Positions 1-12,089 are shown, numbered from the stretch's first letter. The stretch is 23,180 nucleotides of DNA from Octopus sinensis (GCF_006345805.1 NW_021824107.1:1-23180); one strand, 5' to 3'. The notes: generated from the sequence alone by a model not told the origin. Made by a program: numbers and translations.

Positions 1-588
<588 letters not shown>

Positions 589-701
589 CTGTAGTTCCTG
601 AGGTTGTCACCCCTCCCGCCAAACAAGCTATTGTTGTCGTATGCATGATCATTACATATAGCTTTATACACATTTACAGTTAGATATATACACACACACA
701 C

Positions 702-732
<31 letters not shown>

Positions 733-779
733 TGATACATTTTTTGTATATATACATATATATATACACAAATATATAT

Positions 780-810
<31 letters not shown>

Positions 811-1656
811 GTAAATATATATACCTATGTGTAGTCTATGTGTAGTGTGCGTGCGTGTATATACATATCCATGTATAGACAAATTCACGTATATATAAAC
901 ACGCGAGCAAATATACGGACTTATCAACATATTATATAACACACACATATGCACTCATATATGCATATATATATCTATGCATACACATATAGACATATAT
1001 ATATATATACATACATAAATGCATACATATAAATATAAACATATTCGCTTATTATACACAGACGTGCTCTCACACACATATATGAAATAATGCACACGCA
1101 CACTCACACACACTCCGTTCTACTGTTGGTTTGATTTTCGTGGAGAAGAACTGAAGGCTTTCGTATACACAATTGATCAAAAGTTTTCATTTAGCTAACA
1201 ATAGGAAACCCATTATCGACAACAACGATGTCACGTTGAAACCAAAGATCAAGTGAAAGAGAGAGAGAAAGAACGACATGTTTACGTCGTAACTAATCTA
1301 TCACAGAGAAAACTAATCTTCATTCGAACTGATTTTCGATAAATAATCACTGATGCTCTTTTCATTTACGTCATCGTACCACAATTTTCTATTTATATTT
1401 TGAAATAATGTTTCTAAGAATAGAGAGAATAACAACGTATTGTATGAATTTGTTTATATATGTTTTAGGGATGCCGTCAGAAACAGCCGTAAGACCCTAA
1501 GTGTAGATGTTGACGACAGGGGTACAGATGACGAAAAATCAGTCGGTTTGGAAATAAGTGGTCTCCAATGGTTATAAAGCATTTGAAACAAGGATAATTG
1601 AGCATTTCATCTCGCAACGAAGACTTCATGAACAGGAGTTGATTTCAGAGATATCT

Positions 1657-1820
1657 GCTCGAAAATATTTGTAGCATCTGCGGTGGAATCATTCAACTAG
1701 TTTTGCTTCCATGGACAGAATTTGTAGCAGGGGCCCCTGTTTATATTACTTTATTAGTTTGTCTTTGGCTACTTATCCATTTTTGGCTCGAAAATATTTG
1801 TAGTATCTGCGGTGGAATCA
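1657..1820. repeat. Local direct duplication: 35-bp unit repeated at a 129-bp period
   Basis: GCTCGAAAATATTTGTAGYATCTGCGGTGGAATCA at 1657-1691 and 1786-1820, with 1 mismatch. Confidence 0.9.
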
Positions 1821-2124
1821 GTTTGTTCTAAGCCAGATTTGCTAGTCATTTGATGGCATTGACTAATTAAAGAAATATCATTTTTCTGCAACGAAGTGGT
1901 AATCACCATGTACGATTGTAAACAGGTAAGATACTGTCTACATACATAAATACATGTATTCATATTGCCATCGACTTCGACGTATGGTGATCTAATTGCA
2001 CTTTGTTCTCTTCAGAAGTTTTTAACTGCACGCATTATCCATTAGTGTTGTGCATGTATCTGTCAGACAGGCTGGTATATCAAATTCAGTATTCATTGTT
2101 CTTTTAGACAGGTAGATGAGGGAA

Positions 2125-2168
2125 GGCGGCGAGCTGGCAGAATCGTTAGGACGCCGGGCGAAATGCTT
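2125..2168 (+). mobile_element. 5' fragment of tRNA-derived SINE family A (GGCGGCGAGCTGGCAGAATCG... head)
   Basis: Matches the first ~44 nt of the full copy at 22183; A-box-like TGGCAGAATCG; ends before the B box. Confidence 0.8.
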
Positions 2169-2997
2169 CACTTACCGCCCACAGTTTGTATTTAAGGCCA
2201 ACTAGTTTACCCAATAATGTCTCTTGTCGATAATTTACCACAACTTTGCAGTGGTTTTAGTTATTATTCACTTTCTATTTATTAGTAGTAATTCACTCTC
2301 CAACATTTTTCCTGCGTTTATTGACATTTACCTGGAAGGCATTACATCCTTTTATATTTGTGTCTTCTCATTACGATCGACTTCTTTGACTCCCATCTCG
2401 ATTCACTTCAGAGTCCCACTCAAATTTCTGTTGATACTTCGGCGACCTACAATAGGTTACTTCAATAACCTGTCTAACTAAGATGTATGCTGTTGTAATG
2501 TTCCTCATCTTCCAATTTCTCATCTATCTACGGTTTTACTATCTGGTTATATGGTTTCTATTCTCTGGTCTATTCCGATTCTCTTTACATTCCCCCAAAC
2601 TAACACCCATTAGTGCCCACCATCCATCCATCTTCACCATTCACTGCAATCCCTTCTGTCCTCTTCTCTGCCGTCGGTCACCCTTTTTACACATTTACAT
2701 AAATCTATTCACCCAGCCACCTTCGATTCTCTTCCTCTATTCTCTCTTATTTCTCCTTCTGGTACACTGACGACACTTGTATGACCTGATACCTCGTGCT
2801 TGTCTTCCTTACTCCCTATTCTGCTTGGGGTAAAGATGCTTCTCTTTTACAGCAAGACTCCTGTTCTTGTTCCTCAATCGTTCTTTAACGTCTCATCACC
2901 TGGCACAAAACCACTTCCCTCTATAACTCACTCTCACTCTGTCTTGAGAACTTCTTAATAGTGCTGTTGGAATGGAAAAAAACACACCCACGACGCT

Positions 2998-3184
2998 AAG
3001 TGGGTGGTATAAGAAAGAGCATCCAGTCATAGGAACCAGGCCAAAGCATACACAGAAGCTTGGTAGAATCCTCTGGCTTGAGAGATCTTGTCAAACCGTC
3101 CAACCCATAACAGCAGGGAAAATAGACTTTAGATACGACGGCATCGATGATGATGATGATGATGATGACGATGACGACAACGAC
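2998..3184 (+). mobile_element. Degenerate 3' end of a SINE/LINE (RTE-like tail) ending in (GAT)n
   Basis: ...AAGAAAGAGCATCCAG...GTCAAACCGTCCAACCCAT..CAGCAGGGAAAATAGACTTTAGA followed by (GAT)n; similar to the tail at 4743-5038. The RTE affinity is recalled, not verified. Confidence 0.65.
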
Positions 3185-3595
3185 TAAGATAATTATTCAA
3201 ATACTTTGTTCTTATGAAGGAAGACTCGCTCGAGTTTGTCATTCGAACTGTCGTCTGCTTGTTTGCTTTTTGCAGATATTTTGCTTGTTTTTTCTTTTGC
3301 TTACAAACGATCATCTTTTTTTATTATTATATTCCTCAAAAGACACAAACAGTCCAAGCATCCACGTGTGTTATTATTTGGTGATGGGGAGGCTTTTTTA
3401 ATTCCCATGACAGATACCTCGTTTTGCGTTTCTCTAAATAAGAGTAAATCTTCCTTATTTCTCTTTTCAATATGATGCATGATATTCTCTTTCGATATTT
3501 GACATACGTGATCGCTAAGGAACGTCTGACGCCATCCATTAAGATCAAACTCTGTTTCCTTTGATCCTTTACCGTTATCGATTAGATCCGATCAC

Positions 3596-3694
3596 TCATT
3601 CAACTAGTTTTGATTCCATGGACAGATTAATATCAGGGGCCCCTGTTTATATTACTTTATTCCTTTGTCTTTGGATACTTATCCATTTTTGGCT
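3596..3694 (+). repeat. Dispersed ~100-bp copy of 1689-1788
   Basis: Shares TCATTCAACTAGTTTTG, TTCCATGGACAGA, CAGGGGCCCCTGTTTATATTACTTTATT and TACTTATCCATTTTTGGCT with 1689-1788. Confidence 0.9.
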
Positions 3695-3926
3695 TAGAAA
3701 GGGTTTATCTTGATTCTTTTTTATTCATTCCCGTTAATCCATTTTCTTATGTGTCCGCTTTTTTTTCTTTTTGTATTTCTTCCCTTAATTCTTTGCAATG
3801 TTAATCCTAGTCATTGCGTTGCGGGGCCTGTATATGTTCTTTGTATATACAAATATGATGTATGACGGGCAAGGACGCATATATCTGAGTCTGTGGAAGA
3901 TGAGGATATGCATCTGCATGTCTTTT

Positions 3927-4070
3927 GCGCAGGCGAAGCTGTGTACTAAAACAAAGTTTGCTTCCCAGACCCGTGGTTCCGAGTGCAGTGCCATTGCGCG
4001 GCACCCTCGACAAGTGTCTTCAACTACAGCCCTAAGCTGACCAAAAATCTTTTCTGTGGATTTCGTATAC
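3927..4070 (+). mobile_element. Degenerate tRNA-derived SINE family B, head and core
   Basis: GCGCAGGCGAAGCTGTGT...TTTGCTTCCCAG...GCGCGGCACCCTCGACAAGTGTCTTC...GTGGATTTCGTA aligns with the copies at 4357, 6727 and 9172. Confidence 0.7.
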
Positions 4071-4094
4071 AACACACACACTCACACGTATATA

Positions 4095-4099
4095 TTATA

Positions 4100-4159
<60 letters not shown>

Positions 4160-4317
4160 TATATATATATAATATTATATATATATATATATACATAAGT
4201 ACATTCATATATCTGAGAGGGTAGATAACTACCCCGTCATGTATAATGTGCATACATACATACGTAGATACAACATACATACATACATACATACATACAT
4301 ACATACATACATACATA

Positions 4318-4353
<36 letters not shown>
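4095..4353. repeat. (TA)n and (CATA)n microsatellites
   Basis: Seen directly. Confidence 0.95.
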
Positions 4354-4356
<3 letters not shown>

Positions 4357-4359
<3 letters not shown>

Positions 4360-4563
4360 GCAGGAATGACTGTGTAGTAGATAGCTTGCTTCTGTGTTCA
4401 GTCCCACTGCGTGGTACCTTGGGAAGAGTCTTCTACATAGCCTCAGGCCATCAAAGCCTTGTGAGTGGATTTGGTAAACGAAAACCGAAAGAAGCCACAC
4501 TTATATATTGATATATATTATATATGGATATATATATATATTAAGATATTTTATATATATATA

Positions 4564-4608
<45 letters not shown>

Positions 4609-5038
4609 TGTGTGTGTGTGTGTGTGTTGTGTGCGTGTATGTATATATCTATGAGTGTGGGCATATATATTTGTCTGTGTACACACACTTATATATATGC
4701 AAATAGACTGTGCGTGTGCATGTGTGTATTTTTACATGCATTCTTGTCCTGACATCACGTGATGATTGTAACGAGCTCCACGTTCGTACAACTGGGGATG
4801 AACATTATCACTCGTCCTTGAGAAGTAGGTGTGCCCTTGAGAAAACATTGTTTTGCTTGAAAACGGATGAAGTTTGACGACAGGAAACGGAATCCGTCTG
4901 TCAAATATCTGCCTCAACGAACTCCGTGTGATCCACGCAAGCATGAAAAATAGCTGTTAAATGAAGATGATCATATAGATGATGATGATGATGATGATGA
5001 TGATGATCCTTATGATGATGATGATGATGATGATGATG
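4357..5038 (+). mobile_element. Probably full-length family-B SINE: tRNA head/core (4357-4496), internal TA/TG microsatellite (~4500-4740), RTE-like 3' tail (4743-4975) and (GAT)n end
   Basis: B-box-like GTTCAGTCCC; core CCTTGGGAAGAGTCTTCTAC...AAAGCCTTGTGAGTGGATTTGGTAAACG; tail ...GACGACAGGAAACGGAATCCG...ATCTGCCTCAACGAACTCCG...GCAAGCATGAAAAATAGCTGTTAAATGA followed by (GAT)n. Confidence 0.75.
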
Positions 5039-5509
5039 TGTATGCGATGAAAGGATCTTCAGGAGAATTCCTTCACCGCCATTAACCATTTTCAGTCTTA
5101 GGTTTGTTGGTATGTCTAGTGTGTCATTTGTGTCTTCAGCCGTTATTTTCACCGTATTCTAAGGAAATAACCATTGACGAATTCACTTGTATTATTTTCT
5201 TTACTTTTTTTGAAGTTTTATCATCTGTGATCTTTCTTCTTTAATACTTTCATTAGTTTGTGCTTAGACATTTTACATGCATTCGGTTGTTTTCATTTTA
5301 TTTTCATTGTGGAACATTTCTATGAGATGTTCTCGTTGAATTTTTTAAGAATATTGGCAATGTTTCACATAAATATCTTTATATTTACAACTCTGTTTGC
5401 GTTGATGTTCTTTACTTGGTTACTTCTTATTTAAACATATCTCGTACAGCTCTTTTATTATGTTCGTATGTGTTGGATTACAGAGGTAAAAATGTAATAT
5501 TTTCACAAC

Positions 5510-5622
5510 GCGCTGATCTTGGCAGAATTGTTAGCACACCAAACAAAGTGCTCAGCAGCATTTAATACGTCTTTATCTTAGTTCAAATTTCACCCACTGC
5601 GACTTTGCTTTTCATCCATTCG
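5510..5622 (+). mobile_element. Degenerate SINE family A fragment
   Basis: TGGCAGAATTGTTAGCAC...GTTCAAATTT...GACTTTGCTTTTCATCC aligns with 22183-22300. Confidence 0.7.
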
Positions 5623-5747
5623 TCAATGCTCTCGGTGTCGGGGGTTGACCTGCTTTCTCTTCTGCGGGTCTTACGAATAGCAAAGAACCACGTTTGGAAT
5701 TCTCCCATCTTGTGAGGTCTGACACGAAGACCGTTCGCTCAACAGCA

Positions 5748-5764
5748 ACAGCAGCAGCAGCAAC

Positions 5765-5809
<45 letters not shown>

Positions 5810-5855
5810 TGATGCTATTGATGATGATAATGATGATGATGACGACAATGATGTA
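5748..5855. repeat. Compound (CAG/CAA)n-(TAG)n-(GAT)n trinucleotide repeat
   Basis: Seen directly. Confidence 0.95.
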
Positions 5856-5934
5856 CATGAAATGGCGACAACATTTCTCCTCTTCCTTTCGTTTCTTCGT
5901 ATTTTGTTTCAATGACTCCTTGCGAAGATTATTA

Positions 5935-6148
5935 TGTCTCTCTCTTACTCTCCCTCCCCTACTCTTTCTCTCTCTCTCTCTCTCTCTCCCTCTCTCTTTT
6001 TCTGTTCTTCACTCTCTCTCTCTTTGAATTTCTCTTTCTATCACTTTCTCTCTCTTTGTTTCCATTTTCTCTGTCTGTCTGTCTCTCTCTCTGTCTCTCT
6101 TTCTCACTCTCTTTCTGTCTTCCAATTTCCTTCTCTCCCTCGCTCACT
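5935..6148. repeat. Imperfect (CT)n polypyrimidine tract
   Basis: Seen directly. Confidence 0.95.
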
Positions 6149-6567
6149 AGAAAGATCCACATCAGTCATCAAAGACAGCTTCCATGGAACAACAAGGAAT
6201 TTGTTTATGAAAGACAGTAAGAAACAAATGCTTTTCAAAATGCATATTTCCGACGTCAACCAATGAAATTTCTTGCTAATTCCTTCTTCAAATTCAACAG
6301 CAACAGTAAAACTCGACAACTCAGAGGAACAACTAATTAAAAGTCTCATTTATTTCCCTGTCATTAATCAGTTACTTCGAGGAGGCGAGCCTATTCATTA
6401 AATACTCTGTTGATAATTAATTGTTCAGAGACACTTAGAGATTAAGCGATTCAGTTTGGTCACACCAAACACAAAGGACACCGAAAACGACATAAATTAG
6501 AGGTTCGAGAGAGAAAAGGGGATTTAAATAAAGACTAGAAATTATTCCGCTTTTAAGTTTTCTCCTC

Positions 6568-6651
<84 letters not shown>
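6568..6651. repeat. Near-perfect (TATC)n tetranucleotide microsatellite
   Basis: Seen directly; about 20 units. Confidence 0.95.
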
Positions 6652-6653
<2 letters not shown>

Positions 6654-6726
6654 ATATCAGTCTATCCTGATCACACACTCTCACACACACAACACACACA
6701 CACCCACCACACACACACATTATAAT

Positions 6727-6856
6727 ACTTCCTAACCACATGGATCTGAATTCAGTCCCTTGCGTTGCATATTCGCCAATAGTTTCTACAACAGCCTCGG
6801 AGCGACAAAAGCCTTAAGGGTGGATTTGTTAGATGGAAAACGAAGAAGCCGTCGTA
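6727..6856 (+). mobile_element. Degenerate SINE family B fragment
   Basis: CCTAACCACATGG...TTCAGTCCC...CAGCCTCGGAGCGACAAAAGCCTT...GTGGATTTGTTAGATGGAAAACGAAGAAGCCGTCGTA, then (TA)n. Confidence 0.75.
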
Positions 6857-6869
6857 ATCTATATATATA

Positions 6870-6917
<48 letters not shown>

Positions 6918-6936
6918 CTAGTCAGTAGGAAAGAAA

Positions 6937-7378
6937 GTACCTATCACCCATTATAGACCCTCCAACAATAGTGAAAGACGAAGAGACATTAGTATTGGAT
7001 ACTCAAACCGGGTGCCCTGGTCTGGAAGCTTACCAAGGAACCGACTCCATTAAAAACACCTTAACTATCACATGTGTCACACTGGTGCCGCATTATATCT
7101 AAAGCCCATCTAAGATTTAGTAGAATTTGAAATTAGACTGCAGGACGCCGAAACGGATATCGCAAGTCATCTGATCCGGCATTCTTAGAGTTCGGCCTCA
7201 CCATCGCCCTACATTGGTACCGTTCTAATCCTCCGGAGAATAAAATGCAAATTTGGCTTCGGACGGATTTGAACTCAGGGTGTGGGGAGTCAAAAAAATC
7301 CATTTGAAACTTTACCTGTTCTTAAGTTCAAATCCTGTAGACGTCAACCTTACCGTTCAACCTTTTAGGTCAGGATAG
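6937..7378. mobile_element. Cluster of old family-A-type SINE fragments (minus: ~6937-7020, ~7078-7208, ~7237-7290; plus: 7311-7378)
   Basis: Repeated B-box-derived words on both strands (GAATTTGAA, GGATTTGAACTCAG, GTTCAAATCC) with flanks resembling the 22183 copy. Confidence 0.55.
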
Positions 7379-7606
7379 GGGTGGAATTTCCTTTCTATAA
7401 CTCACTTCCTTTCTCCTTCTCTCTGCCTATTGTATCACTCTCTCCTTCCCTCTCTCTCTCTCTCTCACACACACACATACCTACATGCGCACACATACTC
7501 TCTCTTTCCTTCTCTTCCTCTTTTAATTCTTTCACACTCTCACTCTCTCTCTCTCTCTCTCTCGTCTCTCTCGTTCTGCTCTCTCTTGAGTAAGAAGTAG
7601 AAGAAA

Positions 7607-7681
7607 AGAGGAGGAGGAGGAGGAGGAGAAGAAGAAGAAGAAGAAGAAGAAGAAGAAGAAGAAGAAGAAGAAGAAGAAGAG
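7607..7681. repeat. (GAG)n-(GAA)n purine repeat, following a (CT)n tract at ~7420-7585
   Basis: Seen directly. Confidence 0.95.
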
Positions 7682-8709
7682 AAGACGAGGGGGTGATCAG
7701 GAGTGTAGAGGGTGAATAACGCTAGATTTAAGTGCTCGAACACACCACATATCACGATATTGCCATTAAACCTTCTCCAATAATGAATAACCGAACCCAA
7801 GACAATTTATTGCTAAAGTCTGGCGAATTAGGTTTTAATATAACATCTGAATCTAACATCAGTGCAGTTGAGCATCTGCATTTATTTTATAAAATGGCTT
7901 CTTTCGCAGTTAAACATTTTACTACATATATGTTACTGAGGGAAATGTTTGGAAAACCAACAAGGCATTTATGGCTATTCGCAACTATATAGAAACTTAA
8001 AACAATTAGAAATACTGTAATACAGGCAATCAAGTCATCGCTGTTTGCACACGAGATCACAAATTACAGGACTTGTGTATTTTAAAAGTACAGTCACAGG
8101 ACAGGCGTCGATCAGCAACAATTCGTAGTTTAAGAGACACTGCAGTTTATAGCGATCACACATTATTCACCGATTGTCTTCGGTCGGTCCCAACGCCATA
8201 AATATAACTTTAAATGGAATTCTGTCACCTAGTTTCAACATGAGAACCGTTTTTATTGGGAAAAACCTAACGTAAATTCACGAAAACACCATTGAACAAA
8301 GTGTAATGATCATTTCAAATATTGATCTTCTCAATCAGTACCAAATGCCACTTGTATTCTTCTAAATATTGTTTTTATTTTTTGTTTGGTTTCTTTTGTT
8401 TTGCATTTGTTTTCGGTTAAAGGTTTCGGTTTTTGCATGTAACACATTATTATATCGATTTGATTCAGTTTGTTTCTATATACAACAATATTTATCATTA
8501 TGTGTGCATGGATATATGTAAATACACACACACTCGCACACACACCACACACACATATGTATATATGTATATACACATATACATGTACATATATTATATA
8601 ACATATATATATATATATATATACTCACACATACAAAATAACAATTTTATATTTATATATATGTGTGAGTGTGTGTGTAAACACCTACGCACATAAATAT
8701 ATATATGTA

Positions 8710-8751
<42 letters not shown>

Positions 8752-9171
8752 ATATATCTACATACATACATATACAACATACATGGATATATATACCTGC
8801 ATAAATACTAACATAATGAAAACTGTATATATATAATATATATATAATATGTGTGGCGCGTGTGTAGACAATATATGGACATCTATATATATATACACAC
8901 ACAAAGTTTCATGCAAACGCACACACACAAGGACAACACATACACACATACACACATACACACATGCATATAAATATTTATTATTCATGGACTTAACCAT
9001 TCAACTGATCAAGTAAGCATTTTAGAAAACGAACTAATTATCTTACTGGTGTAATTAAAAAAAATATCAATGTCTAATTGCGTTGAATTATTGATGTATT
9101 TTGATTGGTTTCTCTGCGAAACAGACATCGATATAAATCAATGAACTGCACACATGCAGGTAATTACATAT

Positions 9172-9340
9172 GTACAGGTGTGGTTGTGTTCTATGAATAT
9201 TTGCTTCCCAGCCGCACGGTTCGGGGGTTCGGTCCCACCGCGTGGCACCTTGGGGCGGTGCCTTTTGCTATATAACCTCGGGCCGACGAAAGCCTTGTGA
9301 GAGGATTTCGTAGACAGAAATTGAAAAAGGTCAGTTGTAT
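9172..9340 (+). mobile_element. SINE family B head and core, followed by a (CA)n array to ~9601
   Basis: B box GGTTCGGTCCC; GCGTGGCACCTTGGG...CCTCGGGCCGACGAAAGCCTTGTGAGAGGATTTCGTAGACAGAAATTGAAA. Confidence 0.85.
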
Positions 9341-9535
9341 ACACACACACACACTCACACACACACACTCACATACACACACACACACACACGCACACAC
9401 ACGCACACACGCACCACACGCACGCACACACGCACATACACACAAATACACACAAACACACACACACATACACATACACACACACGCACACACACACACG
9501 CACATACACACATACACACACACGCGCACACACAC

Positions 9536-9593
<58 letters not shown>

Positions 9594-10033
9594 ACACACA
9601 AACGTGTGTGTGTGCACAGATATAGATATATATTTCCAATATGTCTTCATTTATATATAATTTGGTTATTGTCTTTCACGCCACGATTGTTCATCAAAAT
9701 ATCATTTATATTTCGATATACGCACATGTTCACATACACACACGTACATACTAACACACAAACACACACATACACACACACATACACTATGGGTCAGTTT
9801 GGGCAAGCTTTACACGAACACAAATATATTTATAGATTATATATTGATATATATAGTGTTGTATTTCAGGTAAGTCTTTTTTTGTTGCCCTATATATTTT
9901 TTTCTCCACACGTTTATTACTCTCCTTATTTTATCATTCTAACCGAATTGATTTATACACATGCAATAAATAGAAAAAAAATTGCTATTTCTAAATCTCT
10001 CAATAAGAAACGTTCATTAACAGCCCTTTAAAT

Positions 10034-10194
10034 TAAAGATTATTTGCCAACATAATGTGACGGTCTGGGTTGGGACGAATGTTACTGTTATTTCGTCCAA
10101 GGAAATGTAACTGGAGACGATGTTTCCTGGGGCTGAATAATAATAACATTCGTCCCAACCGGGGACTCCTCATTATGTTGGCAAATAAACTTTA
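10034..10194. mobile_element. Hairpin/MITE-like element (~160 bp)
   Basis: Perfect inverted matches 10040-10057/10171-10188 (18 bp) and 10068-10084/10144-10160 (17 bp); imperfect arms continue to a ~11-nt loop. Confidence 0.8.
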
Positions 10195-10540
10195 CTACAC
10201 ACACACACACATATAATATATATATATATATATAAAGAGAGAGAGAGAGAGAGAGAGAGGGCGACAGCAGTGTGCAATGTTTCACCAAAAAGGTAAACTA
10301 TGATTGCCACTAAATACGATTAGGGTGTTGGAACACTTATGTGGCTACAAATAGTGCTGTAGTTGAAGCACATAGATGTATGCATATGTTCGAACCGGGA
10401 ACGTTTATATAGACACAGAAAGCGAAATCTATAGATTCGGGGATATCTACTCTCCTCTTTGTAGTTTACAAATGGGGACGACTTTAGAATGAGACAAAAT
10501 CCAAGGCTGTGAAAGATTTCAGAACATTTATTAAGAGAAG

Positions 10541-10982
10541 GTCTTACAGCTGTTTCTGAATATTTTATATGTGGAAGCACTCCGTCGGTTACGACGATGA
10601 GGGTTCCGGTTGATCCGATCGACGGAACAGCCTGTTCGTGAAATTAACGTGTAAGTGGCTGAGCACTCCACAGACACGTGTACCCTTAACGTAGTTCTCG
10701 GGGATATTCAGCGTGACACAGAGAGTGACAAGGCCGGCCCTTTGAAATACAGGTACATCAGAAACAGGAAGTAAGAGTGAGAGAAAGTTGTGGTGAAAGA
10801 GTACAGCAGGGATCACCACCATCCCTGCCGGAGCCTCGTGGAGCTTTAGGTGTTTTCGCTCAATAAACACTCACAACGTCCGGTCTGGGAATCGAAACCA
10901 TGATCCTATGACCGCGAATCCGCTGCCCTAACCACTGGGCCATTGCGCCTCCACATATTTTATATATCACTTCATTAGAGAC
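10541..10982 (-). ncRNA. Interrupted, probably inactive type-I hammerhead ribozyme motif, split by the family-C SINE
   Basis: Removing the SINE and one TSD gives GTCT-CTAATGA-AGTGATATATAAAATATTCA-GAAA-CAGCTG-TA-AGAC: 4-bp stem I, palindromic stem III, GUA triplet, one core change (G5A). Confidence 0.6.
10571..10954 (-). mobile_element. Young, full-length tRNA-derived SINE family C (resembles the octopus OR-type SINEs) with an 11-bp TSD
   Basis: Minus strand: GTGGAGGCGCAATGGCCCAGTGGTTAGGGC (A box)...GGTTTCGATTCCC (B box)...GTAACCGACGGAGTGCTTCCAC; TSD ATATTTTATAT at 10560-10570 and 10955-10965; internal hairpin 10806-10828. Confidence 0.9.
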
Positions 10983-11110
10983 GGTTCGAGAAAGCGGTTA
11001 AGCAATAGGTATTCTAGAGAAGATATGAAATAGAGAGTGAAGTGAAGGAATGAAAACAGACGTGAGATATGCAGGGATATTGTACCTGTAGGTCTATTAT
11101 TTAACGGAAA

Positions 11111-11308
11111 ACGGGACAAGTGCTTAGTGGCATTTCGTCCGTCTTTACGTTCTGAGTTCAAATTTTGCCACGGTTGAATAAACGTTGCTATCCCTTTCGG
11201 GGTTGATATAGTAAGTACCAGTTGTGCACTGGGATCAATATAAATAATTTGTGTCTCTCCCACCGCGAGTTTGCTGCCCTTGCGACAAAATTTAAAACTG
11301 TTAATATT
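11111..11308 (+). mobile_element. 5'-truncated SINE family A
   Basis: TGCTTAGTGGCATTTCGTCCGTCTTTACGTTCTGAGTTCAAATT...CCTTTCGGGGTTGATATAGTAAGTACCAGTTG...TTGCTGCCCTTG aligns with the 22183 copy. Confidence 0.85.
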
Positions 11309-12089
11309 CATTTTGTTCATCATGCAGCACCATTTTCTTTATTCATTCATTGAATTTTTGATAAAAATCGAAGCAGAACATTGACAATCGTGGAAGGTAC
11401 TGAACTAATTTTTGTGCGGCTATTTTGACCCACCACGTACATTTAGAAACAGACATGACAGTTAAATACAAGTTAATTACGTAGAGAAAAAGTCAGTTAA
11501 CTTACTCCTTGTATGCGGGTAGGTATTATTCACGATACCCGGTATTTCACTGTTACCCACAATTGGTATGTAAGGTTCCTTATATGTGGTAATATTGATG
11601 ATACTAAGATTGTATTCCGTACTGAGCTGAACCAGTTTAGATTTAATATCCATCATCCGGTTACTAGATCCGACAACCAGTGAGTACTGTGTCCAGTTAT
11701 GGTGTTTTAACAGCGAAACTATGAACTTTGTGACTTGATTAGCTGGCGGAAACGTCCGCGCAAATGTTGGGTAGATAGTTTTGTTGGAGACTTCGTGAGT
11801 GGCACATTTCTGAAAAAGTGGAAAAAAAAAACAAAGAGTGTAAACAATCAGTTTTAAAACTCATTGATATTTAATCGATTTTAATTGACATTTAATTCTC
11901 TTTCTCTATAATGATGCATGATAATATAATCGCATTACATGTGTGAGGAACTTACCAACTTTTCAACGTATACTTGGATTCAGTACACCACACTCACGCG
12001 TGTGTATGTGTAGATGTGTGAATGTGTGTTTATGCGCGTGAGTGTGTGTGTGTATGCGAGGGATCTCTGAGCCCCCCTCCTCCCCCATC

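Noticed and set aside
6928-7101. 57-codon open stretch ERKYLSPIIDPP...
   Set aside because: It overlaps an antisense, degenerate family-A SINE fragment.
10571-10954. tRNA gene at the family-C head (also the heads at 22183 and 9172)
   Set aside because: A/B boxes are present but the cloverleaf is incomplete and continues into a SINE body; these are SINE heads, not tRNA genes.
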